A DNA stretch of 36,876 bases from assembly GCA_010015585.1 (NCBI GenBank), contig ML975172.1; one strand, given 5' to 3'. A program made the position numbers and the translations under genes. This DNA comes from Eremomyces bilateralis CBS 781.70 (lineage: Eukaryota). Shown here piece by piece: positions 12,684 to 22,874 of the stretch. The notes beneath the pieces are model-generated. The model had not been told where the DNA came from, made no database searches, and saw only the letters and a list, made by a program, of their open reading frames with translations. How positions within the stretch are numbered: the first letter of the stretch is position 1; each line of letters opens with the position of its first letter.

Positions 12684-13986
12684 TCATGATGACTTGATGA
12701 TCTTTGGTTCTGGCATCTTCAGCTCCGTTCCAAACACCCGGTCCCAAAATGGACTGGTTACACCGAATCCATTCTCATAGTCTGCGAAGTGGTGTTGAAG
12801 ATGGTATTTCTTTAATCCTTGGTAATAGGACGGAAGCCTATGGATAGTTAGTAAGAAAATTTTCAACAAGGAGGGAGGTGATCATGAACTCACTTCTTGT
12901 GGTGAAGGAAATAGTGCGTCAAGTCATATGCGATGTAGCCGGTGATACCTCCGCAATAGGCAGCCGTTGCAGCATACCAGTTGTAGGAGAGGACAGCGTG
13001 GGCGAGCGACCAGAACGGTGCTGCGAGTACCGCAAACAGGGCAGGCGGCATGACGAGTCGGAGGCGATCCATGGGAAGGTAATGGTGGACGCCATGTAGG
13101 AGGAAATGGAGAGTCAGGAAAATCCCGTGATCAGGCAGATAACTAGAAAATCGTCAGAATCATGCCCGCAATCAACATTGGACCGGGAGGCATACTTATC
13201 GACATGGAAGAGGAATCTATGCAGGATGTACTCCAGCAACGTCCAGAAACACAGTCCAAAGAACCAATATCCGAACAATTGAGAGTCTGGGAGCCCCTGG
13301 CTTGCCACCCACACTCCGTATGAAACGCAGGGGACCCAGACCAGTGGCACAACCCACCACGGGGTCTTACTCAGCGGCTCGAGGAAGTTCCCGAATATCG
13401 GCGCCGACGCTCCCCCTTTGTAATGGCGTGGTCTGTGAATCTGCTGGAGGTAGAACTCTTTGCTGAACCCTCCCTTCCAGACTTGCATCAACATTGGTTT
13501 GTTCAAGTCGATGAACTTGTGTGTCTTGTAGTCGTCGGCAAGATTGGTTTCTTTCGTCAAGTCTGCTTCGGAGGACATGCCGGTGGCTTCGAAGACGTAT
13601 CCAGTGGGCAGCCCGTTTTCAATGCCGGTAGATGCACCATTGGCCTTGAACCCGTTGGCACCTGCCTTCCATGAGCGAGGAGGGACGATTGATTCAGGCT
13701 GGCTGCTCTTCGTCGCCGCATTGATGGTCGTCGGTACGAACCCGATCAGAAGGTCTTCCAACATCTCATATGCGGAATCGGTATGGAGATGCGATACCTC
13801 GTCCTTCAAGACCTCCTCCACATCCTGGCCTGCGTGTTCCAGCAGCAACTCCGGGCCGCCAGGGTGACCGTCCATGAACTCGGTGACATCGTAGACGTTC
13901 GTTCCGATGGTCACATAGCAGGATTCGGCGGAATTGTGCGACTCGACTTCGGCCCGGGTGATCGTGGGCAAGGTTCGTCCAGGCAT
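12684..13986 (-). CDS. SCS7: Ceramide/inositolphosphorylceramide fatty-acid 2-hydroxylase (cytochrome b5 fused to fatty acid hydroxylase), 397 aa. Exons 13986-13196, 13142-12894, 12837-12684
   Basis: Cytochrome b5 HPGG heme motif; HRPRHY...FGNFLEPLSKTPWWVVP; histidine boxes HRFLFH, HGVHH, HYFLHH, HLQHH; C-terminal GFGVTS.FWDRVFGT. Introns 13143-13195 and 12838-12893 keep the frame. Confidence 0.96.
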
Positions 13987-14057
13987 CGTGGAAGGAGGCG
14001 GATTGGAGATGGCTGAGGCAAACGGAGGATCGTAGGCGGGGTGGGACGACTTGTCTC

Positions 14058-14390
14058 CACGTGAAAACGGGACGAAATCAAAGTCCCCGAAACCGACGTT
14101 AAGGAAAGACCATACGAGTTGGAGAGAAAAATGAGGAGGGGTTGTAGAAATATTGACGGCAAAGTTACAATCCCTTTGTGGTTCAAGACTTCAAGTGAGC
14201 CCTGTGAGCCCTGAGATTGTGCATTGGGATTTCAGGATTGCCCCATAATAGGGAACCTGAGCAGGTTCTCCTAAACGCTAAAATTGCCGCAGGCACCCGG
14301 TACCGCCAAGCCCGTACCGCCTTGCGCCTGCCCTTTTCCCCTGTCGAAGATCATAGATCACCGGATTGTCAGGCAACCTCACGTGATTGG
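14058..14390 (-). promoter_or_regulatory. Candidate SCS7 promoter elements: E-box CACGTG (14058-14063), 9-bp direct repeat GTGAGCCCT x2 (14195-14212), and overlapping CCAAT/ATCACGTGA (14379-14390)
   Basis: Motifs are visible 70-400 bp upstream of the SCS7 ATG. Their function is inferred only. Confidence 0.3.
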
Positions 14391-15549
14391 CTACTTCGTT
14401 TTTGCATCGGGAACTTCATTTCTTGGATTTTACAGAATCCGTCAAGTGCAAGTCGAGTACGAATTGCATGCATCCGGATACTTCCCTTTCCGGGACTGTC
14501 TCGAATACCGGTATTTCTCAAGAACACTCCATTCCCTACCAGAGAGACCAGGAGCAGGGCTCATATGAATGGTACAGCCAGTCGACTGTGACTAGGTACG
14601 ATGCTAGTTTGTCAACGCAATTCGTCAACACCGCGAGCGAGTCACCGCACCATTAATTTCCGTCCGGTATTACTGTACTATCTCCGTCAATTTTGGTTTG
14701 AACACACCGATTACCAAGTGACGCCTCCCAGCTCCATTGATCTTTCAAATGTCAGCCTGACTATGCGGACGCTACCGTCGAGACACTATCAGTCGTATCA
14801 ATTCAGCTATCGCCGTTCAGTCCCCCTCTCTTATATTCCGCGATTTGCAATCGGTTGAGGAATGAGCCGCAAGTCACTCTGCTGCAGTATATATCTTTGA
14901 TTGTTTCTTTCCATTCAACCCGGTAGCCCGATTACGTTGCGGTATAATTTCCCACTCGTCGATGTCTAGTGTTAGCTTCCAAGGACAAGGTATCGTGGAT
15001 ACAAGTTTCCAGAGAGGGCGATAGATTCGTTGTTCAAGTACATTTGATAGAACCTATTCGAGTAGTGGTTTGTCTGGATACTTTGGTTTGAATACAAGTG
15101 TTTTAAGTCTTCGTCTATCTACACCCTGGGTGGAAGAATTGAACATTCTTTACCATTAACCTCTCTCCAGCCTCCGAGAAAGGATAATCGTATCGCCTAC
15201 TAAACTAAAGGAAGCATGTAGGGGAATTCTATAATTTTTGGAAAGTAACGTTCGAGTGTCTTTGTCCCTTGGGGATATGCTACAAGGTCATCATTGTCTT
15301 TTGCTTCTTCTACTCCGGATACTAACATCTTTCGAGATGTATGTTGGACACTTCGAGCAGGCTTCCAGCTTCATAACAGAAAGTTCATTGTCCTCCGACG
15401 GACGTCCGAGTCCATAACACAGGCTACTGGTGTTCTAGGTAAAACACAGTAGTCCATTATCACAGCTGCCCCTTCTTCAACCTGTTCTTCATGTCTTCTT
15501 CCTTCATTCTATTCTACTCTCCATATCTCAGCCTATCTTGGTCTCGAAA

Positions 15550-16074
15550 ATGGCACCTCGAATCATTTTTTCTATCGGTGTGCGTCGCCGTCGAACTCGC
15601 GACCCTAAAGGCGACCCTGAGGCCGAGCCTCTGTTGAAGCGCCGTAGGATCGCCAAACCTTCACCGCAGCCTTTACCGAAACCCACCAGGCGGCGACTTA
15701 CACGACGACGATGGTCGAGCATCCCGGAGCCTAAGGGGTCACAGACGCCAGTAGCAACAACCAATTCTCCCGTTCGTACCACGTCACGACTTTGCTCCGA
15801 TTGCCAGCCTAAAGAGCGATATATCCTCGGCCGAAATTCCGATCCACCGATCCGGACTCGTTTGTCTATCCACCAATGCGAGCCGAACAGTGTCCCGCGT
15901 CAACACAGGGGACTAGAAAGCATCCTCAAACGCGTCACCAGCGCATTCAGACCACCAACGAAGATCCCGGTAGAGCGCGTTTGGTTCGCGAAATCAGATG
16001 ACATCGTTCTCCCCGATGATCCTTACGATTCCGACGGTACCGGTGACTCCGTTCCTGCGAGGGGTAGAATGTAA
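15550..16074 (+). CDS. Orphan basic Arg/Pro/Ser-rich hypothetical protein (174 aa) with NLS-like clusters (RRRR, KRRR)
   Basis: 525-nt ORF; ATG in a good context (gaaaATGg) preceded by a CT-rich tract (about 15465-15530) typical of fungal core promoters and 5' UTRs. No known domain recognised. Confidence 0.45.
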   Translation: MAPRIIFSIGVRRRRTRDPKGDPEAEPLLKRRRIAKPSPQPLPKPTRRRLTRRRWSSIPEPKGSQTPVATTNSPVRTTSRLCSDCQPKERYILGRNSDPPIRTRLSIHQCEPNSVPRQHRGLESILKRVTSAFRPPTKIPVERVWFAKSDDIVLPDDPYDSDGTGDSVPARGRM

Positions 16075-18380
16075 CGCTGGACATTATTCGGAAAGAGGGA
16101 TGGCTTCAGTGGAAACACGGTGCGTGATGTCGAGGGGGTAGTAGCGCGATTATGTTCCCATGGAAATCCAGGGAGCCGAGTGATGAAGGACTGTCTTCTA
16201 AATTGAGATATCGACCGAGTTGAGAAAGGTAAATCGTTCAGTGACGTGGGGACTCGCGCAGCAATCCAGTCCGCTCGTCAAGGCTACAGCGGGACGATTA
16301 GTTTACACTCAACGCTTAATTACCTGAAGAACAATCATTATTGCAGAGATCAACAGCATTTAAATGTACCTGTACGGATATGAAGAAGGCTTCGTCCAAG
16401 TTCTCCCAGACCTTGCCGTCCAAGTCAACTCTAATGACAGTGACCTTTGCCAGACTGGTTCAATCAAGTCACTATGCACTATCCCTAGTTAAGAGTGCCG
16501 GGTCGCGTGGCGGTGCCATTGGAAATCATCAGCAGGTTCGATTACGTGAAATCCTCCAAGGTGCAAAAAGTCGTCGCCTGTACTCGGACTCGAACTAGTG
16601 ACCTTCCAATTCCTAAAACCAGTGCAAGAATATTAGTCATCCTCATACCTGTCCAGATATACCTCCCCTTCTCCTCCCACTCCCCTCCACACTGATCCTA
16701 CGAAACTGAAAACATCAAAAATGAACAGAATAACAAAAAGGGCCCTAATTTGGATTGCCAGTAGAAGGAGGTTTCATTTTTGTGCCGTTTCTGGTATATT
16801 CGGCTTAACCCCCCCAGAATATCATGTAACGGGATGAATTAGATTACCCCAGTGACCGATGCCAAAGGGGGGCGCTACTTATGTTGCGAGACCTTGATCA
16901 ACTTACTGAAAATTGAGTTGTTTGAATCTGTATAGTTAATTCATGTCTAGGTCTGGTCAGTGAGCTCACCACTGCATTGATTCACCCACCACTTCACTGT
17001 GCTTCATTTCTACTTCTAGCTGGAGTTGTTGATGCATCCCTTGCCTATTGTTGTTTGTCTATGACGTTTTACTGAAGCAATGTAACAGAAAACCCCAAGC
17101 TAGTTAGCCCTATGATTGCTAGCAAACATTCAGTCATTTATATCCAAAGTTGTGATTTTTTTTTCTCTACATAGTTCTCATCCAACTTCTTCTCCTCTCC
17201 ACTGCTTTCACTGATACCATTTCTAGAACAAAGCTGTCGTCTCTTGTATTATTTGTCGTCCATCTTTGTTCCAAGTCAATGCCACCTCTTATGCTCTAGT
17301 GAAACAGTTTGAGTGAAAGGGGTAGGATATGATATCAACTACCGGTTGTCAATGGATAGATCAATGAAATGTACAAATGAGAAGTTTGTTATCTACTCTA
17401 TATAAGCCCTTCACTCCTCCCAAGTGCCGTATATTCATATTCCTCATGTCTTATGGCTACAATGCCTTCAATTGCCCAATCATTGCTGGGACATTTGGAT
17501 AATCTGTCAGACAATCGAGCAGCTCTCATAGTTCACTGGCAAAAGTGGAACAGACCTTCCCTCGTATTCATAACGCGCTTGTAGAGCATTTTGTAGTACA
17601 CTGTCTCAATCAAATTATTGCTGTCCCCATCCATTGTATGATAAGGATGGTATCCTAGAAGATTGGCTAGAATCACCATGCATGTCCGACGACTAATTCG
17701 AAATTGGCAAATTGCATGATCGCACTATACAACAATCGATTCACAAGCATAGAGAATCTCTACTAGTCCCAAAGCTTATATATATCAACCGGCCTCTAGA
17801 ATACCGATGGTGTAACTGGTTAATAGCGATAACCGAGAGCTTATCCTTCACGAAAATGCCGAGCATAGTACATAATTTAGGGAAGTTAGATCTGTAACAA
17901 ACATCTATTTGGTTATGGCTCTACTTTCCTTATGGGAAAGAATTGCCAGCACTATACTGGTTGATAGGAGTTTATAGTCTCTAGAATCAATGAGATTCGA
18001 TAAAGGATAATTACAGCTTGGTGCTGATCCTTCATACGACAAGTCTTATAACCTGTTGCCATCGGCTTGAGTTCGACAGAACGGAAAGCGGCCTTCAAAT
18101 CCGATAAAAAGCAGCTGAATTGAGCTCAAAACTTGAGGCCTAGGGCCTCTGGGTTGCGGATGGGGGACATGTTAGCCTCTGGTCCAATCGAGATTTGGAA
18201 CAAAGGAGTCAGTGTGCGACAGTGAGTGGCCCTGAATCTGATTTAATGCATAGTCTAACTTACACAGGGCGCCATATGGCGTTCGATAGCAGGATATCTA
18301 ATCTAGGGCGGTCTTCCTGTATGCTCCGCACGCTGCCTTTATCGTATAAATTATACAGGAAGTCCAATATCTGACGCATT

Positions 18381-19480
18381 ATGTAGCCCGAGAGTTTCCA
18401 ATCCTAGCTCCGCAACCCGAAGAAACGGGTGCGAACGAAGCGCCACCACCACGCATAAGCCGTCAACAAGGACAATGCTCGAGTTAAGAAGCTGCCTAAA
18501 TCAACGAGGTGGAATCATTTCCTTTTCCACAGCTGTTTTGAAGAGGAAAATTTAATCCAGAACGTGTACGGATCTGTGACAGCAAACGACGTCGAGTGGC
18601 GAGAGGCATAACTCTATCGCTGGCTATGCTAGATATCTCAGAGCGGGAGTTCGTGCTCGGCCTGATATGTGTGTGTGGTGGTTTCCCGTGTATAATCGCT
18701 TAGAAGCATTATGTTCGAGGCTCAGTTCGACATTCAGGATTTGAACCTATGCAAGGGGCGCGAGACGATGGAATTTCGCAAGATGAATGCGCACAGGAGG
18801 CAGAATCAATGTGATGGAGCTCATATGAGCTGTGGTATGAAGAGAGCGCTAGAAGATGCGGACAGGGAGATGGTCATGAAACACCTCAGACTGACGGAGG
18901 ACATGCTGAAGCACGTTTTCTATAGCGAGGCCGTCACCGATGGTGGGCAACCCACCGCGACCATCCAACCTCCCACCGACGCTGATCCACCGAGCAGGAC
19001 AGCCTAACTCGTCAACGCTGGTCAACTAATCATTGTAGATCTCCCAGGTGGTGGCAGCGAGGAACTTGACATGGACAACAAAGTGCGGAGCACAATCTCA
19101 CCCGAGAGGGGGAGACTGATGGATCGGGAAGGCACAACCAGAATTTACAGATGGCATCATGTTAATTATGATAACGAGTCCGTCGCGAAATACAAGAGTA
19201 CGTTAGACTAGGGTAAGGGTCGCTGATTGTAAGGCAAATCCTATGCCCAGAATACTAACCCCCGACAAAGCACTGGTTGGAAAAGCACAAATCTGGAGGA
19301 GACAAAGGGGGGAGATGATGAAGCAGGAGAGGATTCTTAACCTCTCGTAAGCAGACATTCTGCTCTCGGCCCAACGTCTGAGACCAAAAAGAGCCAAGGG
19401 GCGGTCCCTTCCGCCCATGTGACAGACCGAAGCGAGAAATGATTCCTCAAAAAAGGATGGATGGAGAGCTACTACTGAGC
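18381..19480 (+). pseudogene. Probable decayed gene: one protein-like reading frame interrupted by stop codons (includes the 18711-19007 ORF)
   Basis: From ATG 18381 (TATAAA at 18345) a single frame reads M*PESFQS*LRNPKKRVRTKRHHHA*AVNKDNARVKKLPKSTRWNHFLFHSCFEEENLIQNVYG...WREA*LYRWLC*... Of the 9 stops between 18381 and 19211, 8 are TAA/TAG, consistent with CAA/CAG C-to-T changes. No homolog recognised and the right boundary is approximate. Confidence 0.35.
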
Positions 19481-19993
19481 GAGGAGGAAGCCTGCTCTGA
19501 ACTCACCAAGAACGAAGACAAAGGATACTGTATTTAACTTGAAGCCAATTCTGCACAAACAAATCCAGTGATAATACTTCGTGACCAGATATTTGGACAC
19601 GAACTTCGATTTCAGTGCAATCAGTGATCAGACTTCAGGGCACTAATCACCTCGAGGTTCAAAGGGATTAGACGGAATTATGGCCATGAGAAACCCTCCA
19701 TGGCCTCGCAATCTCTCCATTTTGACATTGTTTTACCGGTCCAGAAGCATGAATGCTAGCTAGGTAGGGGTGGTGTATCTCGCCCGAGAATGAAGCTAAA
19801 ATAGCCGTTAAGGCGGAACTATCATCAATGTCATCCACTCCTAAGCCGGGCAATCGTGTGAGTCGGTAGTGATTTTTAGTTGGCAAAATACTTATCAGAC
19901 GTAATCACGTCATTCATAGCAGTGCTATCGTCACAATAAACAAGATCCGTCTTCCAATGCATCAATATATTTGGTATACGCCTCTAACCCAAT

Positions 19994-22375
19994 CTATCCG
20001 GCATTCCCCCTATTCCCCCCCCTCTTCTGCCTCGCAGCATGCCCCGCCAAACTCTTCCTCATATCCACCAAACTCCGTCGATTCTTCGCCTTCGCCTTCC
20101 CCAACGTCATCATGAAATTCTTCTGCCGCGACTTCTCCTTATTCGTGCTGCTCTTCCCCGCCGCCTCCTTCTTCTGCTTGCGCAGCGCCGTTGTGCTCAT
20201 GTGCTTCTCCTGGCGGTCTCCTTTGGCGGCGGCGATCTTCTCCTCTTTCGTCTTCTTGGAGGAGAGCGAGCCAACCGCTTCGATCGCCTCCGCGGTCAGC
20301 GGGTCGTCGATATGCGCTTGGATTTGCTTCGCGCGCAGGGCGGCGGCGCGGTCGAGGTGGTGTTTGCGGTGGGTGGGGTCCATCTCGCCGAGGACGGAGG
20401 ATTGGGTGCGGAGTTCTTGGAGTTTGGCGAGGTCGGCGGGGGTGAGGATGCGGGAGGTGGCGTATTTGGAGAACTGGGCTTTGGCGGCCTGCTCGGGGTC
20501 GAGCGTTTCGGAGGGACTCTTCTCTTTGGCCGCGTCGGTCGGCGGCTCAGTGGCTTTTGCGGCTGTAGCGGTGGATTTCGCAGCTTCTTCGGCCGTCTTC
20601 CTTCTTTTGGAGGCTCGTTCGTCTTCGCTATCACTGAAATTGATATCCTCGCCGTCACTCTGGACGTCGATCCAGCCGCCAGAGTCGTCACTGTCGTCAG
20701 CTTCGACATCCCAATTCTGCCACCCAGCTTCCTCATCTTCCTCAATACGTTTCTCATCAGCAGCTTCTTCATCCCCCTCAGCCAATCCCGACTCTTCCTT
20801 CTTCCGCAGCGCTTCTTCTTCTTTATACTTCTCCAGTAGCTCCAATCCTTCAATCACACCCGGCTCAAACTCGCCGAACTTCTTCGTAGTCAACTCGCCG
20901 CTCCTAAGCCCCAGCGCCGCCTCTTTTCCACGATCGCGTTTCTTAAGCATGCTCGGCCCAACTTCTCGGTACAGACTCAGCAAACCCCGAGCGGCCATCA
21001 TCACGCCCTTGTCTTTGCTCTTCCGGTACATGATCAGATCCTGAAGCAGCGGCTCCTCCATCGCGAGCGGCTGCCGCACGCAAATCTCTCGGATCGCGTT
21101 CAACCCCGCACACGCGACCTCCGACGCCGCCGCTTCCGACACAAACTCGTTCGCGATCTTCTGCACCAGCGGCGTGATCGACTCCGGCGGCACCAATTGA
21201 TGCGTGGCCTGCGCGAGCGACGCGAGGAACGTCGTCACCGACGGTTGCCGCGGCGTAAGGTATTTCAAGAAATAGGAATATAGACTGGTGATCTGCAATT
21301 GATGCAGGCCGATCAATCGTGTTACAAGCTGCAACACATACAACTTCTGCTCCAGGTTCAGCTTCGATTTGGCCTGCTGCAGATGTTTGGAGAACAGCGA
21401 GTCGGCGAACCCCTGTGGATCGTGCAGCAGATGCAGCGCGGAGAAATTCAACATATGCGGTTGATTCTTCTTCTTTTTCTCCTTCTTCTTCACCGTCACC
21501 ACGGCCCGTTTGAGGTCGCGGCCCTTTTTCTTCGATTTCTTGTTAATCTGCATCTGGTGGCGCAATTGGTTGATGTCGATGTCCTCGTCATCGCTCGACT
21601 CGTCCGCTGCATCTTCGCGCTCCTTGTCGCCGCCGAGGAAGAATCGAACGCCGCCAGAGATGACTTTCGGGTTGTCGGAGAGGGAGGCCTCTTTCATGAT
21701 CTCGACGGCTTTGGCTTCTGTCCAGATTTGACGTTTCCAGAGCTCGCGCGTGATCTTAACGGCCCATAAGCCCTTCGTGGACTCTCGGTCGGACGCAACG
21801 AGATTGAAGAGGTATGTCTGCGTGGAGCGGTTGAGTTTATGGTTGGTCGTCTTTGCATTCGACGAACGGAGGTCGGACAGAATCTTTTGCAGAAGTAGAG
21901 ACCGGAAGACTTTGCTAGGTGTTTCCACTAAGATCGGGAAAAGGGTGTCGAGAAGGCTACTTCGATCAGCGGAGTCCATATATATCAAAGGCGGGAAATC
22001 TTACGTATTGGACGTTATGACATGCTTGTTCTTCAACAGCACCAAACTCCCCACTATCTTTTCCCTCAAATCCACCTGCAACTCCGCATGATGCTTCGAC
22101 AACAACAACATCAAATCTTCGGGAAACTTCTTCGTGAGCTCGGGATAGCAGTCCGCCACATGCGCAATCATATCGATCAGCTCATGCAGCGACACCAGCC
22201 CATTGTCGTCCGTGTTCGCGGGCGACTCTTGGATCACCGAGAACAGCGAATCATACTGGTTGTATTGGTTCTGGAAGTCGTTCCTGTAGGAGATCGGGTC
22301 CCGACGAATCTTGTTCTGCAGGTTGACGAGGTCGGCCTCGACCTTTTCGAGGGCGCCGACTTTGCGTTTGCCCAT
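19994..22375 (-). CDS. SDA1: Ribosome biogenesis (60S) protein SDA1, 777 aa. Exons 22375-22005, 21956-19994
   Basis: LQNKIRRDP.SY; LREKIVGSLVLLKNK; ELWKRQIW; NFSALHLLHDPQGFA; KIANEFVSE...GLNAIREIC.RQPLAM; LYREV.P.ML.K.DRGK; RILTPAD; SSTNKEK.R.KNFMM. Intron 21957-22004 keeps the frame. Confidence 0.96.
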
Positions 22376-22874
22376 TTTGAGGGCTTTTCAGGTCGATTCG
22401 GCGTAAAATATGTGTGAAGAGAGGACTACAATTCGTGGAGTTGGAGGTGAAAAGTGCGGCGAGGCGGGAGAACTGAAATTTTCAGCCACATTTGATATTT
22501 CCCACATGCACCGCCACATATCGACCCTGGCGGGCCTGGTTTCACTCCTGTCGGATTGACAGAGGTGGGGGAGAGCCGGCAAGAAACATGAACAGAAAAT
22601 CGAACAGCAAGACCAATATAGACTTATTCGAGAGGACGATTATTGGAATTGCTAATTAGAAGTGTACAACTGCCGGTATCATCCATGCCGGTTTTGCAAT
22701 AATGAGGGATGTCCGGACTTTATGTGCACATCTTGCCAGTTCAATTATTTCTACAACCATGCTTGGATGCCCTCATCCAACAAACACATCGCAAGCCCGA
22801 AAACGCCATTCTGACCCTTTTTCAACCGTATATGCAACCACCACAAGTATTAATTAACCCCGCAGCTTTTTCCC

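Noticed and set aside
16280..16670. Minus-strand splice-like signals and short protein-like segments (e.g. KVTVIRVDLDGKVWENLDEAFF)
   Set aside because: I could not assemble a stop-free gene model or recognise a family; covered under the general degenerate-interval finding.
16860..16900. AAAGGGGGG followed by TGTTG, resembling a polypurine tract plus LTR start
   Set aside because: No second LTR, matching terminal repeat, target-site duplication or gag/pol remnant was visible.
19971..21044. Long + strand ORFs (357 aa and 266 aa) overlapping SDA1
   Set aside because: Antisense shadow frames of a GC-rich, codon-biased conserved gene; low-complexity translations with no motifs.
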